Origin: Perna viridis
Lineage: Eukaryota
Assembly: GCA_037379345.1 (NCBI GenBank)
Contig: CM074520.1
Location: 1,178,001-1,242,000, forward strand
Length of the DNA stretch: 64,000 nucleotides
Direction of reading: 5' to 3'
A program made the position numbers and the translations under genes. The notes under the pieces were generated by a model that saw only the letters and a program-made list of their open reading frames with translations, did not search any database and had not been told where the DNA came from. Positions 36,454 through 48,986 of this stretch are shown here, piece by piece (position 1 is the stretch's first letter; the number at the start of each line of letters is the position of its first letter).

Positions 36454-37303
36454 TAGTTTAGTATAAACAAATTTTATTCATAAATTATGATGAATAGGAT
36501 TGGATAACAGGTTTGGCCTATATACATCCTCTCCATACAAGGAAACATACAATACATGGGGATATGTACAGTACAAAATATTATGTAAAAGAATATGTTC
36601 AAAGAAAGATAACTCTATTTTCGATGGAAGACGAACAAAAAAAATATTCATTGTATCATTGATTCAATACTTTTCTTTGAAAAATAAAGTAAAATTGGGA
36701 AATGAAATGTGTGAAAATTGGTAAAAATATCTTAGCCAAAATAATGTATCATCAAAAATTTTATTTTTACACGTAATCATGTATCAAAAATTAAAAAGGA
36801 AGAATTTGAAAATTATGATGTTCAATCATCAAACTAAACCACAATTCTTGAAAAGTGTATACAGATTTCTTCTCGTTTTTTTTTAATTCAACAAAGTAGA
36901 AAATAAGTATATAAACATTAGTGTGTCAACAAAACTACCATTGGGACCATATAATTGTGTATTACTTAAATCGTTTAGTATTCTTGATATAGGTTTGAAT
37001 AGCCAACGTCATCTTAATATTATTATCGTATGTCAGGAGTTCATCACCATATAGTATGTTTTGTCAATCTGTAGTTCCATACAGACATCCTGTAGTGACC
37101 ACCTCTGAAGTTGATAGTATGGACAAACCATGAAATAGTGATAATTATCTTCGGCCGTGTCTCCACAGCGAGGACAGATTGTGTTGCCGATGTTGACGCA
37201 TTCAGATGCTTTAGAGCTGACTGAACTGAGCCTCTCTTTGAAAACGTCAACAGAGGGGCTATTTTTGATGATGTAGAAAGCTGGTTCCAAAGTCGTGTAT
37301 TTG
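36454..37303 (-). mobile_element. Non-LTR retrotransposon (LINE) 3' fragment with C-terminal CCHC zinc finger
   Basis: TRLWNQL...SVDVFKERL then CPRCGDTAEDNYHYFMVCPYY...R (C-x2-C-x8-H-x4-C). Minus-strand 3' end reads aataaaatttgtttatactaaact. The middle section may include unrelated DNA. Confidence 0.7.
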
Positions 37304-37419
37304 AAAGAGTAATCAAGGGAACCAAAACTTGTATTTGTCTGTTTTCCATGTCTGGTCTTTCTCCCTGGATTACATTCTTTTGATTTCCGCTAGAATATTG
37401 GTTCCCTTGATTACTCTTT
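37304..37419 (+). mobile_element. Penelope-like 3'UTR end preceded by an inverted copy of its own terminus
   Basis: aaagagtaatcaagggaaccaa (37304-37325) is the exact reverse complement of ttggttcccttgattactcttt (~37398-37419). Confidence 0.85.
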
Positions 37420-37504
37420 GTAAGACCAGATTTGAATTGAGTTATCTCTCTTTGCTTGCATTACTAATCACATCGATAAATTAATTTTCCTATATATTTG
37501 AATA

Positions 37505-37552
37505 TAGTGATGCTGATGAGACGTTACATCTTGAAACACGTGTACAATATAT
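37505..37552 (+). ncRNA. Minimal type I hammerhead-ribozyme-like motif, probably degenerate
   Basis: CTGATGA (37513-19) - g acgttacatc tt - GAAA (37533-36) - C ACGT G - TA. The palindromic stem III loop is typical of PLE hammerheads. Stems I and II are weak. Confidence 0.55.
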
Positions 37553-39454
37553 CAAGATTGGCAAAATATATATGATTGGTACTTTATTTTACTTCTTATT
37601 GACAAAATTTGTTAAACGTGTTGTGCTAGGTAACTTTAGTACCATATGTGCCTTCTTACACAGTAAATAATAGAAACAAAAAATATCAGCATTTTTCATA
37701 CAATATTCATCAACGTTTTCCATGGGGATTATCTTGACAGGTTAAACAATAGCAAACCCTACATAAAAAAAGAAAGGTGGAGACAAAACATACAGGTCAT
37801 CAGGACGTTAATTGAGATTCTTTTGTTTGATTCTAATCGGACGTAAGATCAATCGAACTATTAAAAAAGTTCTTTCAACAGATCTGGAAGCCTGTGTATA
37901 TAGATTTGTGAGGTGCTTTTGTTATCGTTTAAATAACTGGGCAGTACCATGCAATTTCTAAGGCAGCAATATGGTGACATCCAGACAGCTTAATGAACAT
38001 AAATTCCGGTGATCTATGAATAATTCATCCTGATAAGGGATCAAAGCTTGTCACTTATTGTGTATTATTTGTATATGAGGATGGAATTGAACTCTGGAAC
38101 AATACTTCGCCCTCAGTACAATCTACTTGTTATTTGATATTCAATTAACAACTTGTCAATATATATTTTGTGATGCTGTATGATTCATCAATTAGTCTTC
38201 GATCCGTGTTCATATACCTATGATTAAGTGTCAGCTTCATTAAAAATGTGGATTTTGTTTACCGAACATTTTATTTATATTCTTTTGAGAAAATGGTGTA
38301 CAAGAACATGTTAAATAGCTCTTAATTGAATTGAAAAGGGTTGAATTTGTCATTTAATTATTTAAAAAATGTTTTTCTTTTATGATAAAACAATTACCAA
38401 CAGAGTACTTCTTTTATCAAATCTAACAAGTAATGATATAAAGAAAAAAGAACATATTATTAGAAATTGGCCCAACTTTAAGAGACGGTGATTTATAAAA
38501 TGAAATAAAAATTACACAATATCCTTATCTAGTGCAAACCTTCTTATTTGAAGCAACTTTCGGTGGCATAATTTTGTTGTAGTATAATATTTATAAACAT
38601 TATTTAACAATCACTCAGTCAAAACATGACGCAACATTCAAGTACATGTACTTGTACTTTCAAAAACAAAACCCCACTTCAAATGGTCAGAATGAGTTAA
38701 CAACCCTTAACTTATGCAACGTCTCTTCATAAATATGGCGACAAACTTTGTCTTAGTTTCCACAGACACAGATTACCCGTACTCTGTACGTAAGACCATT
38801 AACTTTGTAAAGTGGATATATCTCGACTTTGTGAAATTTGGAGGCCTTTCAATTTTTTAAGCCCACTTCAGTGGATTATGGAGTGAAGTAGTTCTTTGAT
38901 ATCTGTTCCGAGCTATACAATCTTCTTATCCCGAAATCCATACGAACCCACTTCAAAATCTAAATCTTATTTTATTTTTACCGCTTTTTTTGGTCTGTTT
39001 TATTTTAAAAAGTCACGATGACCTTGGCCCAATATAGCTGTACCACCCATATGCTGTGTGAAGTCCTGATATATTTTTTGTAAGAATTTCGTACCTGACT
39101 TGGGGATGGCATCGCCATACATATATAGACTTTACAAATGAAAAGAACGTAGACTGTTGTATCTAACAATTTCAACTATTACAAGTAATTGCATCTATTT
39201 AAACTAGCCTTTTCCCTTTACATATAGTAGCGATATTTTGATTGATTTTCTCAAATATGTAAGGGTAGAACGCTGAAATTTATGAGTGATTTAACATTTT
39301 TTTGGGGTACTACATTATCTCTGTCTATTGTTAAACTATAACGGAAGAACATTTTGTCTCTTTAAACTGTCGTTATAAATAAGATAATAGAAATATTAGA
39401 AAAATCTATGAGTTTGGCTTTCTAACCTCAAATTTAATTGACTTATCATAGAAA

Positions 39455-40062
39455 GTTAGCGACTGGCACAACATCTCCCCTGCTCAGAGACTGACATAAC
39501 ATCTCCCCTGCTCAGAGACTGACATAACATCTCCCCTGTTCAGAGACTGACATAACATCTCCCCTGTTCAGAGGTTTTACGACATAGAGATAGCAACTGG
39601 CACAATATTTCCCCTGCTCAGAGGTTATACGACACAGAAAGTTAGCAATTGGCACAACATCTCCCCTGCTCAGAGATTATACGACATAGAGATAGTTAGC
39701 GACTGGCACAATATCTCCCCTGCTCAAAGGTTTTACGACACAGAAAGTTAGCAATTGGCACATCTCCCCTGCTAAGAAGTTATACGACACAGAAAGTTTG
39801 CGACTGGCACAGCATCCGCTCTGCTCAGAGGTTATACAACATAGAGATAGTTAGCGACTGGCACATCTCCCCAGCTCAGAGGTTATATGACACAGAGATA
39901 AATGTAGTTAGCGACTGGCACAATATATCTCCTGCTCAGAGGTTATACGACACAGAGATAGTTAGCGACTGGCACAGCATCCGCTCTGCTCAAATGTTAT
40001 ACGACACAGAGATAGTTAGCGATTGGCACATCTCCCTTGTTCAGAGCTTATACGACACAGAG
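39455..40062. repeat. Compound minisatellite: ~52-59-bp units with a nested 29-bp subrepeat
   Basis: gttagcgactggcacaacatctcccctgctcagaggttatacgacacagagata units. The first part carries repeats of actgacataacatctcccctg(c/t)tcagag. Confidence 0.92.
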
Positions 40063-42380
40063 ATTGTTGAAATTGACCAAAAATGGTAAATTATGTCCTA
40101 TCACTCATTTTTTTCCTGAGGAACTCCAGCTAGCATCCCCCTTTTTCAAAGTGTCTTGATCCGCCTCTGACCCCAGAGACAGTCCCTGGGGACATCACGA
40201 AAAAAGATAGCGTTAAAGAAGCTATATACAAGTATGGTTAACAGAGATGTTATTATAATTTTTTAAAACTTGAAAATACTCTTAAATGATGGCAATACGT
40301 ATTCATGTTAAAACACCCGGCGAGATAAAACGGTCCACGTTTGTACCTGCATATTTGACTATATAGCATTTTATTATTAGTACTAGAAGCTAAGAATAGA
40401 TTTGCCCCTTTGTTCAAAGTAAGCCATCTTGTCATTCAACCATATGGCACTAAAGTTTAAGAAAAAAAATACACGGATGTTCATTCTTGTCTTTACTCAT
40501 TTCTGTACCAAAAGAACCCTGGTCAATTTATGATCCTCAACTCTAATTTCAAAACTTAATTTGAAAGAAGGGGTCACCTTCATTATAAAAAGGTGACAAA
40601 GAGAATGTGTTAATTTTCTAAACAAAATCTTAAATGTTTTATTTATGCATTTTCAACAGTTAATTTAACGACCATTTTGTGATGTATTGCGATAGGTTTA
40701 ACGCTAAACTGTCAATATAAATTTCTTCAATAAAGTTTGTCTTTTGTGACCCAACTTGGTAAAACACGGTGAAAAGGTGCGAATTGAAAGTGACAGAGAT
40801 ATTAAATTTCTACGTGGTTTCAAAATACTCATATAGTTTTTAATAAATTCATTAAAATATGAAAATGAATTATCATCATCCCAAGTCCTTGGTGGTCCAA
40901 TGCATTCTCAGTCCGGAGTCCATAATTGTCAAGAAATTGTTTTCTATGTTGTACGAAAATCGCATTAAAATATCCTGAGTAATGGACAACACGCACGTTG
41001 TGGAACGAATGCAATGCAAAACGTTTGTGCTAAAAAGCGCAAGGAGAAATCAGGGGACACTACTCATGGATTTTTTTATTCTTGGAAGTCAAAGGAGCCG
41101 AGTATAGTGTAGTAATTCGACAACGAAGGCAATTTTTACAAGCTTTTGAAAACGTGTGATTTAGATTTGAAAACTGCTTTTAGAGGGACGGAATCAACAA
41201 AAATATAATTTACGAAACTGGAAAAAAAATCCGTTTTTTGTAAGAGTTATGGCACAAGTTTTTGAAAAAATGAATTATTGTATACAACGCAAAAATGAGT
41301 ATTAACAATTGCCTAATGCGGCAACGACTTTGACAATAATAGGTCCTATGACTTCGGCAACTTTCGATCGTACTTGTATGAACGACTTTACACGACCTCC
41401 TTGCTATACTTACTAGAACTTTGTATTAATTTGATTAAAGTACTTATATAGTACAACAAACGAAGCTACATTCAATTCGTTCCCTTATAATGCAAACAAA
41501 TCAGAGATTAGAGAAGAACAAAGCCCATTATTTACTGAACAACACCGAACTTATGCTGTGTAATAAGTTAATTGTCAATGAAAGGAGACTTAACTTTAAA
41601 TCCGTCTCTAAGTATCAGTTCTCATGACAGATTATAGGATAAAGAGATTTACACTTAAGCTTGGCTTATAAGTCAAGAGATTAACCAGTCGTTCAGTTCA
41701 CATTAGTCACCCAGATTAATTCTGGAGTCACAAAAAGGGTACTATTGTTATTCGTCCTTGCTATGTCAGTTTGACCGTTCATTACGCAAGGAAGCCAATA
41801 TTGAGGAATTCCTCCAAGTTTTAAATATTTGAGTTGGGGATAGGAGAAGATGGACAAAACTTATAATGTGTATTGCATGACCATCAAAGCAATTCTCGTG
41901 TCAGATTTCACATAACAAATGACGAATATTATATCATACATGTACCCTGTCCATCACAGAAGACATACATGTACTTGACTGTCATAAAGGTGTTAATGTT
42001 CATAGATGGTCATCATAAATAAACAATTATTGATGTCCTTCGGAAAAATGTTTGTTGGGTAATTAAGTTTCATTTTTGGTTCTGGGGCGACAAACTTTGT
42101 AACTTTGTTTCAGCTGCTGAAAACTAGACTATGTAAAGTTATAGACAATAACCTTTCCTCATGCCTCTATACTTTCATATGTAATGGATGATAAAATTGT
42201 TTCTGTAGATCTATAAATCATAGGAGCTTGTTTTCCATCGCGTATGTATGTCTTATTGTTTCTGTCTTCGAATGATTTACTACAAACATTTATATTGCAA
42301 TCGGAAGTAGACAGTGTATTGGCGGAACTGTTTCTTCACAGAAATGACCTCATATTGTCTCCAGAATCCAGAAGTTTGAT

Positions 42381-42685
42381 GGAAAACACAACAGACTGGC
42401 AAAGTTGAGTATGTGTATGTGGGAAACCAAGGAACACACAACAGACTGGCAAAGTTGAGTATGTGTATGTGGGAAACCAAGGAACACACAACAGACTGGT
42501 AAAGTTGAGTATGTGTATGTGGGAAACCAAGGAACACACAACAGACTGGCAAAGTTGAGTATGTGTATGTGGGAAACCAAGGAAAACACAACAGACTGGC
42601 AAAGTTGAGTATGTGTATGTGGGAAACCAAGGAACACACAACAGACTGGCAAAGTTGAGTATGTGTATGTGGGAAACCAAGGAAC
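42381..42685. repeat. Near-perfect 50-bp tandem repeat, 6 copies
   Basis: ggaacacacaacagactggcaaagttgagtatgtgtatgtgggaaaccaa starts at 42381, 42431, 42481, 42531, 42581 and 42631. No spacers. Confidence 0.97.
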
Positions 42686-44728
42686 TATTTGATTGAATTG
42701 TTGGTTCCTATATAACGACTCGAGTCGTCATGATCATTTTGACTGACAAAGAGTCCCATTGACAGTAAACTTTCTCCAACATTCGTTTGCTGTTGTTTGG
42801 TGCAGTTCATGGACCTAGACCTAATCAGATTAGACCTATTGACAGCAATATTTCTCAGGTCAAGTACTGAAATATTGTAAAATCAATTATATTATTGGTC
42901 TAAATCTTCAATAACAACATAACTTAATTATCTGAATATTTCCTCTTAGGGCCAGAAATGGAAATTGATATTGGCATTAAACATGAACCCTACTGTTAGA
43001 TTCAGGCCTAGTTTACAAAATAATACTATTCCCACCTAAAGCCATAACAGCAAAAACGTTCCAACGGTCCGACGTGTCGTGACACAAAAAGCCCTTACAC
43101 TCAAAACAAAAAATAGACAAACAAATGAAATAAAGAACGACAACATTCCATTTATATACTAAAGACAAAAGACGCTGTGACCTCAAGATCAGCGTTCTTT
43201 TTTATGCAGGTATTTGTAACTTGTAACAAGTATAAAACCGCGAGGGACCATTCTGGGCAGTCATGCCCTTCTCTCCATCATTTCTGTAATTATTACCATT
43301 GTATGTAGTAAGCAATGGACGAATTAATTAGATTTTCATCGAAAGACAAATGAACCGTCATATTTTGATTTGCAGCAATTAGCCCAAAAGGACTGAATCA
43401 ACAATCATAAGGGTGCCTATCTTCTCCATCTTGGCAGAAATTGATTTAAAGTCGCAAACTTGTCAAAATCCAAAACCACTGGACAAATCTAAACAATTAT
43501 CAATCTGATTTAATCGGGAGAAGTATTTTTAATTTGTTTCTTTCTCTAAGATGCAGGTGATGTTGTCATTAATCTCGCTGACTATCTGGTATTGTCGCGA
43601 GTATAAAGTCAAGAAAGCACTTGAACCAGGACAATGGCGTGGAAAGTCGATCTGCGGATTGATCCTGTGTTTTTCTTTCGTCAAGACATAATGCAAATCC
43701 GTTGTAGTAGCAAAGAAAGAAATTAATGAATAAACAAACTTGACAGTGGAATGAAACATGATAATGAATTAAAAAGTCGCATCTGAGAAAGGGAATCAAA
43801 AACCGTCTAAGACAAGATCGGCTTCCGTGTTATGGCAAAGGCGTTTGGTGACGAAGTGACAAATCCGAAATAAATTGTTTATGTAAACAGGCAATGTTTG
43901 TTGAGTAAATAAAGTTCAAGACGTAGATTTTAGCTTTGTCAATCAAATTGAAATGAACATGTCGTGAACAAATTTGTATCTATTGTATAGTAGGATTTGT
44001 GACATTCTAAAAGATTTCAGTAACAATTTGTATCAAATATCGAGAATTCTGAAGTGCCTGAGAATAGAACAAAAAGATGTGACTCTAGCTGTGAATTCTT
44101 GTTACATCCCAGGCCGAATGTCAACCCAGATCGCTCAAAAGTCAGATCCTGTTTCAAAAAAATAATACAGGCGACATGAAAAATGCTGTGTGGCTATGAA
44201 TATTTAATTATAATATGTTTGTTTAATATTTCTGTGCTCAAAATCTTCGGGGTATAAATCAAGCATTGAAAAAAAATATTTTTAAAAGGGTCACTTTTAA
44301 CGTGATAACACATATGTGTTTTTTTTTTCTATTTTGTCATGCTTTTATCATTTTAATACACACAACACATCAAAATGGAGCGTTAAAAACTTGGAATTCG
44401 AGAAGTCACATGCAAGTGGTTGGTACGAATAAAATGTCGAATCAAAAGTTCTGTCGATCTGACACGTCAAACAAAATCTTACCCTCAGGTTACTTGAGTG
44501 CTGTTATAGTGGTAACACGATGGGACTAACATTTGAGTTTACATTACACTCCTCATCAAACATAACTCGTAATTAATCTGAGGTGTTATTAATTATTCTT
44601 AAACTCTCTGTATAACGACCTATTAAGACTCCCCAAAATCCAGTTGGTAGTACATATATTTGTTTGGACTGCGACCCTTGGGCTTCTGTTTACATTAAAT
44701 CCTCGTTATCCTTTAATACAGTAGGTGT

Positions 44729-44797
44729 ACAAAAAAAAAACAAAACAAAACAAAACAAAACAACAAAAACAACAAAAACAACAAAAAAACAAAAAAA
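44729..44797. repeat. (CAAAA)n / (CAACAAAAA)n simple repeat
   Basis: Seen directly in the sequence. Confidence 0.85.
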
Positions 44798-44924
44798 GTT
44801 GTAGAATCTGATTACATGTACATTTTTCAGAATGAGTAATATTTTATCTATTCACGGTTGGTAACAACTCTCATCTAATACTTGGAATTTTATGTCATGA
44901 AATAACAGATCCTTTTTACTACCG

Positions 44925-46437
44925 ATTCATATTTCCAACGAGTCATAGTTTTCCGTTCCTCGTTTGTCTACTCCAGACTTGACATTTTATAAGCAACTCG
45001 GCGGGTGTTTCTAGAAAAGTAGAGGACGCTTACCCTACCGGTGCACCTGGTCCATGCTCCCAGTTTTTAGTGGAGTTCGAGTTGCTCATTTGCTTTTTTT
45101 ACTTTGTATGTATGATTTTAGTTACTTTATGTTCTTTGTTGTGTATGTCTGTTTTCCATGTCTGGTCTTTGTCCCTGGATTACATTCTTTTGATTACAGC
45201 TATAACCTTGGTTCCCTTGATTACTCTTTCACAATGTGGATCCTTAAAAAATAGAAAGACCTTCTGAAGATTCTCTATTCAAGATTATTATCCCAGTAGA
45301 ATAGCAGTAAAATATATATTTACCAACTCTTTATACTTCTATTCCCCAGACTCATTGAAAATCCTGACTCAAAATCATAATACATCGTTACCAAAAAAGA
45401 CGGTACACCTAGATACAAATATGTAGCTCTTGGTAGAGATTCCTCTTCTTTTGTAAAAAACAATTCCAAATCATCTTCCAAGTATACACAAGGAAATGTT
45501 TTCAAAATGCTGGAAATTTTTATGGACAGCATTTTCAACAAACGGTCGGCATTCCAATAGAACAAATTGCGCTTCTCTACTTACTGACCTATTCCTTCAC
45601 TCTCATGAGGCTGACTTTATAGGATCTGATCCGAAAGAAGAAAATCGTTTAGCTTGATCCTTTAATCGCAGTTTACGCTAGATAGATGACGTATTATCGT
45701 TAAACAATCCTAGTTTCGTGGTTATGATACATCGTATCTACCCCAAAGAACTTGAGATATAGAATACTACAGACACTGTGAAGGCAGTCTCATATCTTGA
45801 CCTACACTTAGAGATCGATGTAAAGGAAAACTATTGACCAAACTATACGACAAAATCGATGACTTTTCATTCAGTATTGTCAACTTTCCTTTCTTCTGCA
45901 GCAACATCCCTTCAGCACCTGCGTATGGAGTTTTCTTATTACAACTAATACGTTATGCCAGAGCTTGCCGTAACTACTCAGACTTTTTGTATGCGCTAGA
46001 CTTCTTACAATTAGGCTTCTGGAACAGGGTTATTTTGCTACAAGATTGAAGCCATCACTACATAAGTTTTATGGTCGTCATCATGAACTCGTGGATCGTT
46101 AAGGTGTATCTATTTACACCATGAAAACTTATTTGTTCAACGTGTCAGAGTTTTCCTTTCCTCCTTCGACTACCCTGGACTTGACTTTTTTATGAGCAAC
46201 TCGGCGAGTATTTCTAGAAAAGCAAAGGAGGCTTATCCTTCCGGTGCACCTGGTCCTTACTCCCTTTTCTAGGGGAGTCCGAGTTGCTCATTTAATTTTG
46301 TTACTTTGTATGTATTATTTTGGTTATCATTCGTTCTTTGTTGTGTGTGTCTATTTTCTTTGTCTGGTCTTTGCCCCTAGATTACAATGTACACTCTTTT
46401 GATTTCTGCTAGAGTCTTGTTCTCTTGATTGCTCTTT
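44925..46437 (+). mobile_element. Penelope-like partial tandem: 3'UTR copy (44925..45230) fused to a 5'-truncated, frameshifted RT plus 3'UTR (45231..46437)
   Basis: MWILK...TLYTSIP...RYKYVALGRDSSSFVKN...KMLE...FQQTVGIP...LR*IDDVL (decayed YIDD)...IYPKELEI...LYDK...IVNFPF. The ORF ends after the thumb, with no C-terminal GIY-YIG domain. Confidence 0.9.
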
Positions 46438-47534
46438 CACACTATCAATTATCCATTCCACAGGAAATTCGTGAACATGCCATTTCCTTTTTAAAAGGTG
46501 GTTACAGGAAAAAAACTTAATGAAAGATGTTTATTTGTACCATAAAAAGTTGCTATTGAAACAGGCAAAATGAGTCAATGAGGAAAAAAGTCACGGAAAG
46601 GGCAGCTTTTTGGTTTTATTGCTACAGTGTTATTTAAATTTTGAAGTAATGTTTTATCAGTCTGGAAGGAAAATCAAGGGAACCAGGATTCAAACGATAA
46701 TCAGAAAGAGCATAAAAGACAGGAAAAACGACAAGACAACACCAGTCACACAACGAAGTACTTGACCAAAATAACACGGAACTACTATGTAAAAACCACA
46801 ACTACGATGTAAAAACCACTAACTCATGGTTCCTACTTTGACCATATTCTCACTGTCAACTATAAAAGATGAGATACCGTACATGTATATCGTTAATCAA
46901 TTAATTTCTTCTGTTCGTCTTCTTATTCTTCTTCCTCTGTGTAGTCATTCTGATTTGTTATCAGTGTTACAATGAATTGGTATCAGGTGGTAGATTTTTA
47001 TAGGATTGTTTTCATAGTAGTGTTATATGAAAATTTAATAATGTCGCTATATTTTTTAGTTAGAGAGAAGTGCGTTGGATACACAATACACTTCAGAATA
47101 GCCACAAAAAGCTATCGGACATGACTTACTCTAATTTCAATGGTTTAATCAACGACCCCAGTTTTTTTGGTATGTTGTATCGTAGTTGTGCTTCACAGTA
47201 TTAGCATCATCCATAAAAACCCAAATTTAGAATTTTCTTTCCATAATTATTGAGAAATTTGACCTTACAGATAATTAGTAGTGACGAATCAATTGAGTCC
47301 TTTTTTTACGGTATCATTGGTCAATTCTTATCCTCAAATATCATAATTTCCAACAACAGTTGCGAGTCTTCCAACCCATGGAGCACTCGCTGGGTCCGCC
47401 ATTTATCAGGTAATATGACTTTACATGCATCGACTTGCTATCACCGTCTAACATGGCTCACCTTTGCTACAAATACATGTACAAGTATTCAAGGTCGTAC
47501 ATGTATCAATGATCGGCAATTGTAATAAGGACAT

Positions 47535-48986
47535 TTGTGGTGGTATGTGTTCAGGAGTATTGTGTTGGTATGTGTGCAGGAGTATTGTGGTGGTACGTTG
47601 TTCAGGAGTATTGTGGCTTGTATGTGTGCAGGAGCATTGTGTTGTGGTGGTATGTGTACAGGAGCATTGTGTTGTGGTGGTATATTGTTAAGGAGTATTG
47701 TGATGGTACGTGTTCAGGAGTGTTGTGGTGGCATGTTATTCAGGAGCATTGTGGTGGTATGTGTTCAGGAGTATTGTGGTGGTATGTGTTCAGGAGTATT
47801 GTGGTGGTATGTTGTTCTGGAGTATTGTGGCATGTGTGCAGGAGTATTGTGGTTTGTATGTGTGCAGGATTATTGTGGTGGCATGTGTTCAGGAGCATTG
47901 TGTTGTGGTATATTGTTAAGGAGTATTATGGTGGTATGTGTGCATGTGTATTGTGGTGGTATGTGTTCAGGAGTGTTGTGGTGGTATGTTGTTCAGGAGC
48001 ATTGTGGTGGTATGTGTTCAGGAGTATTGTGGTGGTATGTTGTTCTGGAGTATTGTGGCATGTGTGCAGGAGTATTGTTGTGGTATGTTGTTCAGGAGTA
48101 TTGTGGTGGTATGTGTTCAGGAGTATTTTGGTGCTATGTTGTTCAGGAGTATTGTGGTGGTATGTTGTTCAGGAATATTGTGGTGGTATGTGTTCAGGAG
48201 TATTGTGGTGGTATGTTGTTCAGGAGTATTGTGGTGGTATGTGTTCAGGAGTATTGTGGTGGTATGTTGTTCAGGAGTATTGTGGTATGTGTTCAGGAGT
48301 ATTGTGGTGGTATGTTGTTCAGGAGTATTGTGGTGGTGTGTGTGCAGGAGTATTGTGGTTGTACGTTGTTCAGGAGTATTGTGGTTTGTATGTGTTCAGG
48401 AGCATTGTGTTGTGGTGGTATATTGTTAAGGAGTATTGTGGTGGTTTGTGTGCATGTGTATTGTGGTGGTATGTTGTTCAGGAGTATTGTGGTGGTACGT
48501 CTTCAGGAGTATTGTGGTGGTATGTTGTTCAGGAGTATTGTGGTGGTATGTGTTCAGGAGTATTTTGGTGGTATGTTGTTCAGGAGTATTGTGATATGTG
48601 TGCAGGAGTATTGTGGTGGTATGTGTTCAGGAGTATTGTGGTAGTATGTTGTTCAGGAGTATTGTGGTGGTATGTTGTTCAGGAGTATTGTGGTATGTGT
48701 TCAGGAGTATTTTGGTGGTATGTTGTTCAGGAGTCTTGTGGTGGTATGTTGTTCAGAAGTATTTTGGTGGTATGTTGTTCAGGAGTACTGTGGTGGTATG
48801 TGTTCAGGAGTTTTGTGGTGGTATGTTGTTCAGGAGTATTGTGGTATGTGTTCAGGAGTATTGTGGTGGTATGTTGTTCAGGAGTGTTGTGGTATGTGTT
48901 CAGGAGTATTTTGGTGGCATGTTGTTCAGGAGTATTGTGGTGGTATGTTGTTCAGGAGTATTGTGGTGGTATGTGTTCAGGAGTAT
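47535..48986. repeat. 1.45-kb GT-rich minisatellite of ~22-28-bp units (mostly 25 and 26 bp), roughly 55 copies
   Basis: tgttcaggagtattgtggtggtatg(t) repeated. The long Cys/Val/Trp-rich ORFs in all three plus frames come from the repeat. Confidence 0.97.

Noticed and set aside
40780-41420. CpG-rich stretch that might be a pseudogene or an extra exon between the protocadherins
   Set aside because: The plus frames I translated have stops and no recognisable motif, and the ORF track shows only a 61-aa minus ORF.
42280-42685. Regular 50-bp array as a CRISPR array or repeat protein
   Set aside because: The units are head-to-tail with no unique spacers, no cas genes are present, and the context is eukaryotic. 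The ORFs are repeat translations.
43529-43799. ORF containing SEINDN, resembling a cadherin DxNDN linker
   Set aside because: No other cadherin motifs occur at the right spacing, so it is probably chance.
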